A stretch of 63,113 nt of DNA, filler included, from Choristocarpus tenellus KU-1152 (Eukaryota > Protista > Phaeophyceae): assembly GCA_964200185.2 (NCBI GenBank). It is 12 parts of 12 records of this genome, joined end to end, with 100 filler letters (N's around TTAATTAATTAA, not from the genome) between each part and the next. Parts side by side here need not be neighbours in the genome. Positions count along the whole stretch, not along the records: positions 10,420 to 14,626 come from CAXNAD020015699.1; positions 14,727 to 21,091 come from CAXNAD020008294.1; positions 21,192 to 29,129 come from CAXNAD020005366.1; 9 more parts are not named here. The stretch is one strand, 5' to 3'. A program made the translations under genes and the position numbers. Position 1 is the stretch's first letter. The number at the start of each line of letters is the position of its first letter. The notes under the pieces were generated by a model. It did not search any database and was not told the origin of the DNA. It saw nothing but the letters and a program-made list of their open reading frames with translations. Shown here one piece after another: positions 13,581 to 26,600 of this stretch.

Positions 13581-13942
13581 CATTATGGGTGTTGATCTCC
13601 AAAACCAATTCATATTTTTTCATGCATCCTGTTCCAGGAACAAGAGTGCCTATTATTGTCGTCATTATGAGGGAAAAAATATCCAAGATTCTCAGTATGT
13701 TTATTGTTCTGTAGTCCCAATGTCTCATTGTTTCAATTGAATATACTCTAATCGGCAATAATAAAAACAATAACACAAGAAAATATCAAGAAGAAAAGGT
13801 ATCGTGGCAAACTGGATTAGTTTTAGGGTTAGATTCCGTCTCCTACTCCGTCTCACTACTCTAAATAGTACTTCAATCTGTGAATAAAAAATATAGCTGT
13901 GAAGAAAACACAGTTTTTGCACAAAATAAAATTCACTGGAAA

Positions 13943-14436
13943 GATATTGCTCCAAATGCTTACCTCTTTGCAATTTAAATAATTTCATAAATATTGGACG
14001 AAATGCTGTTTCGCTATCAACTTGATCTATTATATTCCGCATTCCTTGGTCTGTCGGTAAGTTTTCAACTGTAAACATGCTACGTAGGTTATTACGTTGC
14101 TGTCTCTTCTCCATACTTCTTTGAAATTCTAGTAGATATGGAGATTGGTAATACATACAAGCCAAAACCTGATAACATAACATCTACTATAGAATTACTG
14201 TTATTGGCAGCTCTTCTATCTTTGATTGTTGCAAAATTATTTGCTATCATGTTCCTTATTGCTGTAAAATTCAGATGCTTTTTCGAATGCATAATTCTAT
14301 ATAAATATTTTTTGTGAATATTTATATTATGCTACATAATTATACTAATATTGCTACTTTTTTAGCTATTCTCTACCAAAAATTTATTTTGGATACTCGG
14401 TCTACTATGACTTCTAGCTCATATTTGGAATTGCTG
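13943..14436 (-). mobile_element. Bacterial IS fragment (ISNCY/ISDol1-like transposase N-terminus), frameshifted and truncated
   Basis: MHSKKHLNFTAIRNMIANNFATIKDRRAANNSNSIVDVMLSG (starts 14292), frameshift, then LACMYYQSPYLLEFQR..NNLRSMFTVENLPTDQGMRNIIDQVD..KLQRGKHLEQY. Candidate left end CAGCAATTCC (minus strand, 14436). Intronless and strongly AT-rich. Family assignment from recalled motifs. Confidence 0.75.
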
Positions 14437-14445
14437 AGCAGATAG

Positions 14446-14568
14446 ATAGCTATCACTTTACTGCTCTTTATTATTACTTATCTGTTTGTTTTTGGAGCAG
14501 GAAGCTTTTATATCATCAAATTAATTCGCAAAGGTCCGCAAATTGCCAATGATGATGAAGAGTTTTAA
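14446..14568 (+). pseudogene. cydA: 3' end of bacterial cytochrome bd ubiquinol oxidase subunit I
   Basis: IAITLLLFIITYLFVFGAGSFYIIKLIRKGPQ matches the CydA C-terminal helix motif YxxVFGAGxxYxxxLxxKGP. It abuts the IS end, and an apparent ATAG duplication shifts the frame upstream. Confidence 0.7.
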
Positions 14569-14747
14569 TAATTATTTGCTAAAAATGTTAAGCTAGTCAT
14601 ATTCGTAAAGCTGCTAATTCTAAGGANNNNNNNNNNNNNNNNNNNNNNNNNNNNNNNNNNNNNNNNNNNNTTAATTAATTAANNNNNNNNNNNNNNNNNN
14701 NNNNNNNNNNNNNNNNNNNNNNNNNNTGAAAGCTTACCACAATCAAA

Positions 14748-14917
14748 AACCCAAAGTATCTGTGGGGGGTGGGGGGTTCTACACCAGGGTATCCATCTGG
14801 GCCAAAATCAGGAAAAGTGCATTTAATTTGTCCATCCGACGTATGCAACCAAATCACACAAAAACCGCAACATGAAAAAATTGACAGCCGCCACCCCCCC
14901 CCCAGATACTTTGGGTC
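14748..14917. mobile_element. MITE family B, full length
   Basis: AACCCAAAGTATCTGTGGGGGG ... CCCCCCAGATACTTTGGGTC. Confidence 0.85.
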
Positions 14918-16027
14918 GAAGGTTCCCTAAGGGAGTGCCAAGGCACATTCTTCAAAGGTTGCTCTCTGTGCTGAAAGCTGCTTTATAGCTAGTGGTGTGA
15001 AGTTTGACGCTTTAATCAACTCACTTGAATTCATTGAGAAACAATGGAGAACTTACCTGAATTTTTGTTCCAGTTCAATTTTTTTTCCCACTTTTGTGCA
15101 GCCGTTGTATCATTACATAATCGTTATATTATTATTATAGTTTTATTATTATTTGTACTACTTTGTTATCTACTGTACTACTGCAAATTTTTACTTTGAA
15201 GAAAGTTAACGCAGATCCGTTTTGGCTCAAATTGTCATCCACGCTTTCTAGCACATACTCCGGAGTATATATATATATATATATAGCCCAAGAATTCTCT
15301 CTTTGCAAAATAAATGCATTACTACTACAAACATGATAAACCCAACTTTGCCCTTCTGTCAAGTTCCTTCACCACATCTTCTTCAGCCTTCCTTGAGCAA
15401 AAAACCCACAAATGGTAGTCCATCTCAGATATTGCAGTATGATAGATCGCGCCTCTCAAGGTGGAGAAAGGAGCCCAGAAAAAGATTGGAAGTCAATATT
15501 TCGTGCTGCCATCAGGGCCTGTCACCACCCAGGGGTGTGTGGAAGTGGAGGGAGCTTTTGCCTTGCAGTGTTCTTGACGCACCTCATCTCATGCGAAAAC
15601 AACGGAATCAAGTTGCTTTTCAAATTTTCTGGTCAATCCTTTTCTTTTTTTTCCCCTGAGCTCTTTTGGTTTACAACACACCACCTACAAGCACTACATG
15701 GTTCCAATACATGTTTCCTCAACCTACAGCTGAGCGCACCATCACACAAGATGACAGCCCAAGTCCGTTCCTTTCACACTCAACCCTCCCTTCTACCCCC
15801 TCCCCCCCCAAAAGAAAAAGAAGGTGAAAGTTTCAGCTCATTTTCCAATCTCAATCTTTCCTTCGCTCCCCGTGCCAGTTTAAAAAAAAGGTTCAAGCTG
15901 ACTCTATTTCGTTCCTACCACGTTTCGCAATCCCCTTACACACCGACCCCGGAAACATTGCCCTATGCCCCCTGTGCAATCACTATGGCGCAACGTGCGG
16001 AAATCGCTGGCAACATTTGTATTCCAG

Positions 16028-19000
16028 GAGTATGCAGAGGCTAGTCACACACTGCTGCAGGGTATCCGACTGCAGTCAAACAACACTGAACTGCGTAGAC
16101 TCTTTTATTTGAGTGTTGAGAGGGTGAGAGCAAGCAGGTGTGCGACTGGTGCAATTGTTGCTAGATGCGTTTATTCGTTTTGGGCTTTTTGATGTGTGTG
16201 GACCTCGATTATTGTAACGGTGCAATCGTGCGCACTCCAGGAAGTTTCCAGTTTTGAAGGTGTATCCGCAGTTTATCACTGTGAGAAGTGAGCATGTGTG
16301 CATAAATTTCAATGTGTGTGTGTGTGTGTGTGTGTGTTTGTTTGATGACCTATGCACGCATCTGTCCTACATATTTTTTTTCAAGACAAGTCATAACAAC
16401 TAGCAACAAATGTGTCCAACCCTGGCACCTCACACTCTGTTTATGGTATGTAGTACACACCGAGTGAAGGGAAAACGCCCTACCACTATCCACAAACACC
16501 CAGTGCACGCATCTCCTTTGAGAAGTGTCGCTCCAACACTATCCCTCCGTCTTCACCTTGCCTCTCCTCTCTCTGACATCATTGTGCATGCCAACTGATG
16601 TGCTTCGAAACTACTGCCTACATCACTTCCCTACATCCCTGTGCTGAGCATACAGTGCTGTGAAGATAAGGTAGTTAATGCACTGAAAAGGCACCTTGAG
16701 TTGTCCTTCTCGATCACATCTATCTATGCACTAAAAGTCTACTATTTTTGTCGATCTCTCTGTGGGCCCATTTTTTTTCTGACAGTCACCGGTTTGTGCC
16801 AAATTCGAGGGGGATGGGCGGGTTCGACCGTTCAGGAAATGCTCTGGAAGATGGGGGGAGAGAACAAACGCAGTCCCTGCTTAGGGGTGATACAGGCCTG
16901 GTGAGCTCACACTGATGTTCTGCTGCCTCACACGCTCTCACTTCGAAGGATAGAGAGGAATTCTCAACACCTCACGAGGTGGGGGTATGAAGTTTTTTTT
17001 TTAAATCTCCCAACCCCGTTGAACAACATGCCCTTTAGCTGGAGGAGTGAAATTTACAATCATCTGCAAGTTCGTGTTATTTCCTGATGCAAAGCTGTAG
17101 GGACATCATACAGGAAAGGAAATCTATGATCCAGGTGGGAATGGGTACGGAGGGGGACAACGCGGGGGCGAAGGAGTTTCCCATCAACCCCGAACATGCC
17201 CTTAATCTATGAGAAGTAGGTTTCGGGCACAAATGTGTTGTATCTGATGATGAAAAATAGGGCTGAAATTTTGGTAGCCCTATTCATTTTTGGACTGATA
17301 CACACACACACACACACGCACACACACACACATCTATTGTAGGCCTCTTTTTCCGCCAACAATAAATAAATAAATTGAGGAGTGCAAATATGGTGCTTTC
17401 TGACTTGCCGCCAAGTAGAAGGGCTTGAGCTGTTAATAAGAACATATTATTTCGACATCATTCTTGACGTCTGAGTGCAAGTACCTTAGAGGGTACGAGT
17501 TTTGCCCTGTTTGTCCATTTGGGGCTTGGCTTTCCATGGGTTTTTTTGTGACATTTTCCTACTTCAAAATGTTTCGTAGTAGGTAAAATGTATATACATT
17601 ATGAAAAGGTGTGTCCGGAACAAGGATACTGACACTTCCTAACAATTACGATAGCCAAAATTACATCAAAATCTCAAAATTGGATTTTGGACCCAAATGG
17701 ACACGGCCCCACCCTCTAAGATACTTTGGCTCTCTTCACTCTATCATCGACTCCTAGAGACTGGGGATATATGCAGTTTTTTTTAATTTTTGCTGAGGGT
17801 AGAAGAGATCCAAGGTTACAGCTTTTTTAACAAGTTCAATTGTCAATCCCAAACGCGCCCAGGGAGGGTGCTTTACCTTCAACTCCAGTCAGATAGGTAC
17901 ACCCTCCAGATTTTGGTTATACAGGACTTCTGTTCTCACCCCACTCCAAGAGAACGTACATAGTGGTCTTGTCCTTGCCCATGGGGATAACACTAAACTT
18001 AGCCTCTTTGAGACCACATACAGATGCATCCAAAATACTGCTCCAAAAAAAATATGTATATTTTTTCAAATTCTGACCTTAACAAAACTTGACGGTCTAA
18101 TCTTGTTCAAACTAACTAAAATGTTAACCTCCTACATAGGTTCGACAAACACGACTTTGTGATGCGGCACCAACGATGCATCTCTTCTTATCTGTTAGTA
18201 TCCATGAGTAGTAGGTAGGTGGAAATGTAAAAAATGTGTCTGTCAGTGATCATATCACAGCAACAGCACGAATATGTTCTCTCATGTGCACTCACACCAT
18301 TTCAGCAGATTGATCCGTTCCAGTCAAGGTCTGATCCTAGTGTCATTGCTGCCCTAATATCAACACACTCATATATCGACTTGGAAGATCTCATCGAAGC
18401 TGACTTTGAGTTTGGAAAGGTAAGTGAGACAGTGGTCCAGCACGGCAAAGTAGACCAACCAGGTTGTGTGTCCAGAACGCACAGCCCCTGAGAAAGAATC
18501 TGTGATTCAGTGGTTTAGGAATCTCCACTTTGTAGCACCAGCAACAACATGCCTATTTTCTGTCCTCACACCAGATCTACGATTAACACCCTATTAATGT
18601 ATCCACTTCATACAAAGTCATCGAATTGTCTTTTATTCTTACCTACCCACAATTTCGCCACCCAAGCAGAAGTTGGACTCTACCCTCATCAAAGACATCC
18701 TTCGGAAGTCAGTGCTATCGGTTCTGATCGACTTCAAGAGTGTGCTCATGCCTCTCTTCCTGAGCTACTGCAAGGTGATGTGATGGAAGATCCTTTCAGG
18801 GAGGCCAGATGGGTAGGCAGTAGGCAAGAGCAAAACTGCTGTGAATCTCATGCATGCACACTCCTGAAAAATCTCCCACAATCTAACGTGTAGAGACCCA
18901 AAGTATCTGGGGGGGGGGGGAGGGGGGTCTACACCATGGTGTCCATCTGGGTCAAAATCCGGAAAAGTGCATTTACATTATCCATCTGACATATGCAACC

Positions 19001-20132
19001 AAATCACACAAAAATCGCGACATGAAAAAAATGAACCCAAGTGGACAGCCGCCACCTCCCCACCAGATACTTTCAGCCAGACGCATGAAAACATCCACAC
19101 CAACGGTGCCGTAAAGCCCGACAACACAAAAACGGATCACAGACTTCTGCTTGCTATGATGCTGCCTTTAACTTCAAGCAGAACCACTTCTCATTATCCA
19201 GTATAAACCAACTCTTCCACTCAGAAAAACATCAGCAATCTCTGCCCTTAGAATCTGCTCTCTATCACACTCCTTATAACCTTTTAACACTATCTCTAAC
19301 GCTAACTTCTACCTAACACAACTTACTCCACTCTCAATACAAAAACCCTTTACCCCACATTTTTTTCTTAACTTAAAAAAATTGTATATAGCATGACTCC
19401 AGCTTGGAGAAGCTTGCACAGGACAGTGTGGAGCAGAAGTCCCCACCCCAAAACAGCCAGGGCAATTGGTAAGAACTGTCTTGGACTAAGTTGAAATTAC
19501 TGCAGTTTAATATTGAGGGGGCTGGGTACAATTGTACTAAGCAACATTCCCACTAATGGAATGGCTCGTGTGTCTAGTTGAGCCAATTGGGTGAATTTGT
19601 GTTGATGCATCTATTCCTTACCCCCTTAATTTTTAAATTACCATGGCATCACTCTATGAACTGTGTGCATGTTTCATGTGATCAGGGGCAGGCGGGGTAG
19701 GTAGAGTTCTTGGTTGTTGAAGGTGGTGGACTGGAAAACAATGATTGTGATAAAGGATCAGAAGGACAGGTAAATTGATGGCTACACTAGAGAGAGTTGG
19801 ATATCATATATGTAATCCTAGAAATAGGCAGGTGAATGTGTGTGTATGAGTGCCTTGGTGTAAGTGGAGTTGAATGCATCTTGGTTCCCGGAAATCTGAT
19901 TTACTGAGGTGGTGCAGTGGCAAGGGAGAGGGTCCGTAAGGGAAGATTTGTAGATATGTGCTTTGCTCTTTCTCCTAAGCTTGTTTTGCTGCTTCCAACC
20001 AACTTGTGCAGGTTAGGTAGGCAGGCAGAGGACGGTGCAGCAAGGTTAGACAAAGATGGAAATGCTGAGGGTGAGAAGCAAGATGGGGGGTCTGGTGAGC
20101 AGGAGGGGTTAGAAGGAGGGAGTGATACATCG
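16028..20132 (+). CDS. Putative multi-exon gene of unknown function (one TPR-like exon), partial
   Basis: Phase-0 AG/GT-bounded open exons: 16028-16123 (EYAEASHTLLQGIRLQSNNTELRRLF), 18306-18419 and 18667-18774 (QKLDSTLIKDILRKSVLSVLIDFKSVLMPLFLSYCK). Further candidates near 16786-16900, 19392-19468 and 20011-20132. Full exon chain not resolved. Confidence 0.4.
17473..17732. mobile_element. MITE family A, full length, TSD TCT
   Basis: GAGTGCAAGTACCTTAGAGGGTA ... ACCCTCTAAGATACTTTGGCTC, flanked by TCT/TCT. Confidence 0.9.
18895..19078. mobile_element. MITE family B, full length, TSD AGA
   Basis: GACCCAAAGTATCTGGGGG ... CCAGATACTTTCAGCC, flanked by AGA/AGA. Confidence 0.9.
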
Positions 20133-20367
20133 GTAAGTTGCTGTTCACAAGTGATATTGCATTATGATTGTCAGACCTTTCGTCTATATGTAGACATTCC
20201 AATATCCAAACACACAGACACATTTACCAATGCAAACTTTCCTAAGATTGCTGAACTCTCCCTTCCTACTCTATTTTCTAGTTTGTGTATTGCCCAGAAG
20301 CATGTCACTGATGTTCATATTCAAGAGTCTAAAGTACGCCCCAGCCGAAAAAACACCTTACAAGCAA

Positions 20368-20546
20368 GACCCAAAGTGTCTGGGGGGGGGGGGGGTCTAC
20401 ACCAGGGTGTCTATTTGGACCAATATAAGGAAAAGTGTATTTACATTATCCCTCTGACGTATGCAACCAAATCACACCAAAATCGCGACATGAAAAAATT
20501 GACCCCAAATGGATAGCTGCCGCCCCCCCTCCAGATACTTTAAGCC
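20368..20546. mobile_element. MITE family B, full length
   Basis: GACCCAAAGTGTCTGGGG ... CCAGATACTTTAAGCC; flanks CAA/AAA. Confidence 0.88.
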
Positions 20547-21031
20547 AAACCCTCCGATACAGGGGAGTATTTTTTTTCACGTTTGGTTGATGATTAGAAG
20601 CAATTGAAGTCGCACGTTTGAGGGGGAAAATGCATGTGGTTGTGATCGTTCATTATAGCAGGGGATAATAGCATCAGTTCACTACATTCAACGTTAAGAG
20701 TACTATGGAGAATTGGTATTACTGAAGAGGAAGGAAGGAGAGATAAGTTAACAGCTTTTGTTCTGAGTAGTGAAGAAAATAAAAGAAAATAGCAAGGGAG
20801 ACGGTGTGGGAAGAGGCATGCAAGCAAGATATGGTTATGACCCTAAAGGGCATAAAAATGCACATCCTTTGGTGACTCTTGGCATTATTATACACTGCTT
20901 TTGCTAAGGCATATTGGGCAGATCTGTTGGGTAGGGCTGGGTTCCACCCTCCATCCCACAGTGACCAGCGAAGCACACCTCCTTCTGAACACTTATCCTG
21001 ATGCACTCTAGAGACGTTTGGAACAGGAGGT

Positions 21032-21091
21032 GACTGAAAGTATCTTAGAGGGTACGAGTTTTGCCCTGTTTGTCCATTTGGGGCTTGACTT
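21032..21091. mobile_element. MITE family A, left end at contig end
   Basis: GACTGAAAGTATCTTAGAGGGTACGAGTTTTGCCCTG. Confidence 0.85.
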
Positions 21092-21518
21092 NNNNNNNNN
21101 NNNNNNNNNNNNNNNNNNNNNNNNNNNNNNNNNNNTTAATTAATTAANNNNNNNNNNNNNNNNNNNNNNNNNNNNNNNNNNNNNNNNNNNNAGATGCCAG
21201 AATCTATAGATGTAAGGAAAAAGAAATGTTGTTGGACCTGGCTAGCTGTGGCACGGGAGGGAGTGGCCACGGAGATTAGACTGGGCAGTTGAAACGATAA
21301 TCGTGCTTCTGTCCGTGGGTCTGGTGTCGGGTTGAAATATTATTCCTCCTAGGTGAGGGAGCTTGACTGGTGCAATGACAGCATACCGACCGTATCTTGA
21401 TGTGTGGGGTGTCTTGTCGTGCGTACTACTACTACTACTACGACTGCACAAACACAAACACACACATACACACACGGGAAGCCTAATAAACGTTATTATT
21501 ACATAATCATTTGTAGAG

Positions 21519-21587
21519 ATATCATCCCTGCATCACTGAGGAATCTGCATCACCCTGAAAACTCATGTTTGAATATTCAGGTTATAG
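21519..21587 (+). pseudogene. Degenerate LRR exon relic
   Basis: AG|AT ATC ATC CCT..: IIPASLRNLHHPENSCLNIQVI aligns to the 22621 exon (EIPDSLQNLHHLKSLNVSNNQLY); one codon short and no GT donor. Confidence 0.5.
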
Positions 21588-22620
21588 AATGTGGTGGCCT
21601 TAGGGTTTATGGTGGACTGATTTGAAGGTTTTTCTGCTTCTTGTCCATCTGGCCCTATCTGTACTGCAGGCTGTATCCTTCTAACCCTAGTTGTATCTCA
21701 CGTCTCTATTTGTTTTTCTTTTTGTCAACTTGACCATTACAGTTCAATTATTTTGAAGACCTTTTGTGTGACCCACGCCTTTCTTTCATTGCCAATCATT
21801 AACGAATTTGTTGCAGCTTGGTGTTTTTGCATGTGGATGAAACAAATGCACAGTTTTTGTAGTGTCGATAAAAATTATACTATTCGCTTAGGTTAGGGTT
21901 AGGGTTAGGGTTAGGGTTCGGTAGTGTCTTGGCAAGCTCTGAAATATGTTTCATGTTGAAGGTGTTTTTTTTTAAGGATACCCAGAGCTTGGATAATCTT
22001 TTGATACTGCTAGAAAAGGAAGTATTGGCTAGGTGCTTCTATAAAACAATGTATGAAGTGTGGGAGCACAAATAACCTAAGCGTCAGAGTTGACCTGGAT
22101 GTGTTTATGTTGCCTTTTTGTTTAGGCGTGTCTGTGCACATATTTTTGATATAGATATGCGCACTGTCTTGAGTTGACTTGATTATCCATCTTGAATGAT
22201 CTCACTCTCTTCACCTTGGATTCTGTTCCTGTCCATCTCACCACTACTACCACATTCAGCGATCCGAGCCATCGATCAATTTACCTACATTTCATTATAT
22301 TTCCAAGTTAAATTCTCTATGAGTAACACTACTCCTGCCCTGTGTTGATCGCTTCACAGGGGACTCTACAACCTGTGCTATATTGGACCTAGCCCCTGAC
22401 CTCTCAGTCAATCTTGTGGAAGCTGCTGACTGTTGCTGCTCTTCCTTCTCCTTGACATGCCCCATCTCACTTATACTTTCACCCTTTAACCCTCTGTGTG
22501 CACCTTGAATTGACTAAAGATGTCCTGGATGTGTCTTGAATTGTGTGCCATATCAATGTAAATTTGATTATTGATTTTTTATATATCTGAGCATGTCAAA
22601 CTACAAAATACTTCCTACAT

Positions 22621-22692
22621 GGGAAATACCTGATTCACTGCAAAACCTTCATCACCTCAAAAGTCTAAATGTCAGCAATAATCAGCTTTATG
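22621..22692 (+). pseudogene. 72-nt LRR exon with non-canonical splice sites
   Basis: (G)EIPDSLQNLHHLKSLNVSNNQLY(G), intact frame; acceptor TTCCTACAT instead of TTCCTCACAG, donor GCAAGG. Confidence 0.7.
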
Positions 22693-23699
22693 GCAAGGAA
22701 TATTTGTGTTGTGTATGTGGTTGTTGTTGTGCTCTCCTGCTAGCTTTGTTAATGCAATCTGAGTCAGCATGAATGTTTCTTTATGGGTGACCCTTTGTTT
22801 TTCTGAGTTTGGTTTTTGTACCTCAAATTTCGTAAGGCCTTTGTGTGACTCCCTTTGTTTCGTGTTACAATTATTTCAACATGTTTTTATTGTTAATTAA
22901 TGCTTGATACAAGAAGAAATGCACATTGTATGTATAGTAATATCACTTGATGTAAACGGGGGCATTTTTTTGTGCTGGCCTCACCAGTGGAATTTGGATG
23001 TGGATTAGGTCATATCTATTGTACTATGTTGTATTTTTGTCACATTGTGGTGGATGTCAAATTGAGGTCAAGGTTCATTTTTTGATGATATTAACCCTAA
23101 CCCTTTGATGACATTTGGGTCATTGAATCTCTGAGTAAATTAGTTCATTTTTTGATGAATTGTTGTAAATTTGTGTACAAGGTGTGTTTTAATCAAATAT
23201 TGGAGACATGACATGTTGATTTGTATAATGTAGTTGATAATTGTGTAAATTATTAGCTAAGATACATCTCCAACTTGTTGCTGCACTTCTAACTTGTGTT
23301 TCTTGTAGAGGATAACCTTTTCGATGGTCTAGAACCTGTTTTTGTTTCCCTATTTGAAATTATCAACACACAAACATCTCTCAATTTATATAAACTATTG
23401 TCCGATCATGTGGTAACGCATTTTTTGGTATACATTCTTGTTTTGACTTTTTGGTTCCGACTAACACCCTCACACAATGACAAATGTGTTTCTATGGCCA
23501 CCCTGTTTGTCTAGGGCTTTTTGCTTTAGCAATATACTTACATTCTGAGTGTCTAATTTTCTTGCTACAAACGATTTTGCTGGAAATATCATGCTTTTTG
23601 AGGAAAAAATATACTGGCATTTCACCTGCCCGTGGGAACCTCTTGTTGTAGATTATAACTAAACACCTAACTGGTGTTAGAATATTTTATCAGCTCTAG

Positions 23700-26600
23700 T
23701 ACGGATAGGATGTGCACTGTGTTGGTATTTATTGGAAGCCTTAGTATGGACAGCTTGTGATCAATGTTGTGTAGTTATTTCATATATTGTTATTCTAAAG
23801 TCCAAAGTGTTCTTATTTCTGCATGCATTGGCCACTTCACGTTGCACTTGTTGATATTTTAATGTATTGTTGTTTCCAAATGTATTTTGCCACTGAACTT
23901 GGTTCCTCACAGGGACTATTCCTCTAGCCCTGGGCAACCTGCCAGTCCTTGCTCGTGTATCCCTGTTTGGGAATCAGCTTAGTGGTAAGTTTCTATTTGG
24001 ACATGAATTCTTTTGTAAATCTCTTCTTTCTCTCCTTTACCATTGACAACTCAAATGCCTCCCCCAACATGTCAGTTTTCTATTTGTAGCCTGTAAAATT
24101 TTGGATAGTTGTATTGTAGAAGTGATGCAATCAATTTCTTTTATAGGAGGAGTGTTCACAGAAGGGTTTGGCAAAGTGTGCAATACCCTTCTTCTCTACC
24201 AGTACATTTTTTTCTGATAAGAATCTACACTGTGTAATTCCGTGTAATGATGTTAGCCACAACAATGTAGTTATGAGGACTTTTTTTGGTGCAATCCTCA
24301 CTTGTTTTCAACATTTTTTCTGTTATTGTGGTATGTAGAATGCACCACGTTTTTTGTCAGTCTGGGCCAACAAGGTAATTTGTAATTGGTGACTGTACTG
24401 TTTTATTTCTGCATGCTTTGGTCACATTATGTTTGACTAATTGATATTTGTGTATTGTTGCATTTGAATATATCCTGCAACCCAACTTGGTTCCTCACAG
24501 GTACTATTCCTGAAGTGCTGGGCAAATTGCCTACCCTGTCAAGTCTATCCCTCCGCAATAATTATCTTGTTGGTAAGTGTCTATTTGGACATGTATTCTC
24601 TTCTTTGCAAATCTCTTCTTTCTTGCCCTTCCTGTTTGACTACTCCACTGCCTTTCAACATGCAAGCTTTTTATCTGTAGTCTGTGCCAGTTTTGACTGT
24701 GGAACTTCAGAAATGATAATATCATTTTCAATATTATACACACCAACCTATATCATGCAGGTTTGCTGTTATCAGTTGTAAGATTAGGAGTATTCACAGA
24801 AGGGCTGTTTGGCATGTTGTGGATTACCCTTGTCGACCTCTTGGAGGTGGTTTTTCTGACAACGTGCAGTGTGTATTTTAGGTGGGGGTTAGGGTTACAG
24901 CCAGAGTACTATGTTTTTTAACACTATTTTTTGTGGAATTTTCATTTTTATTCACAATATTGTCTCTAGTGTTGTGGTAGGCAGAATGAGCCAGGATGTT
25001 TATTTGTGTCTGAATTTATACGGCATTTAATACATTTTTATTCTAATGACATAAGTGTTTTAATTTCTGCATGCTTTGAGCACTTCACATTTGACTCATT
25101 TTTTTGTTTCGTGGAACTGAACTTCGTTCCTCACAGGGACTATTCCTGAAGCGCTTGGTAACCTGCCTGCACTGGCTGTATTAGACCTGTCTTCCAATCT
25201 GCTTAGTGGTAAGTGTCTATTTGGGCATATATTCTGCTTTTTTCAAGTCTCTTCTTTTTTGCCTTTCTGGCTTAACTACTCAAATTACCTTCTTACATGG
25301 ATTGTTGTGATGTCAAAATTATCAAGATTTTTTTTTTTTGTATCTAGTAGATTGTTTTGCTGTTAATTAGTTACAAGATGAGGGCTGTTTGACCTACTGT
25401 GCATTACCCTTCTTGTCTACCTCTAGATTGTGTCTTTTCTGAGCAAGAGTATGCAATGTGTATTTCAGTTGGGATCATGTTATTCACAGTACTATGTTTT
25501 GAACAATACTTGTTATTTTGTGGAATTTTGACTTAAATTCACAACCTTGTCTCTGGTATCGTTGTGGTAAGCAGAATGAGTAAATATATTTGTTGTGTTT
25601 GAGATAAGGTACTTCAAAAATTGTGATTCTAATATCAGAAGTGTTTTTATTTTTGCGTTCTTGACTACGTTACATTTTCTACAAATTGATATTCATGTAT
25701 TTTTGGTTTGAATGTATGATGTAACTCAACTTGATTCCTCACAGGGCCTATTCCTGAAGTGCTAGGCAGCCTACCTGCACTGACTGAACTAGACCTGTCT
25801 TCGAATGAGCTTAGTGGTAAGTGCCTATTTTGACATGTATTCTGCTCTTTGCAGTTGCCTTCCAACATGGCAGTTTTGCACCTGCATCCTGTAAAATGTT
25901 ACTCTGTTGTGATGTTGAAACGGCAAAAATCCCTTCATTTGATGTCTAGTATGCTAACATAGTGCAGGTTGTTTTGCTGTTGATTAGTTACAAGATGAGT
26001 GTTCACAGAATGGCTGTTTGGCGTGCTGTGCAGTACCCATCTTGTCTACCTCTAATGACTTTTCTGAGGAAGAGAATTAGATGTATATTTGTGGTGAGAT
26101 TGTATTAGTCACCGAACTATGTTTTTAAAAAACATGTTTTTGTGGAATTTTCATTTTTGTCCAAAACCTTATCTCTGGTGTTGTTGTGGTTAGCAGAATA
26201 ACAGAACATATTTGTTGTGTCTGAGATAGTAAGATATTTCATAACTTGTGATTCCAAATACAGTGTTTATTATTGCATGCTTTGGCTATTTCACATTTGA
26301 ATAGTTGATATTCATTTTGTGTGGCCTTGAATGACTGTATTATGGAACTTAACTTGGTTCCTCACAGGGAATATTCCTGAAGCGCTCGGCAGCCTGCCTG
26401 TACTGACTGAGCTAGTCCTGTCTTCCAATCAGCTTACTGGTAAGTCTCTATTTGGATACATATTCTGCATTTTGCATATCTCTTCTTTCCGGCCTCTCCT
26501 CTTTCTGTACAAAAATTACCTGCCAATATGCCAGTTTTCCATCTGCATCCTTTAAAATGACGACTGTTGTAATGTTGAAATAGTGAATTCCCGTCTTTTG

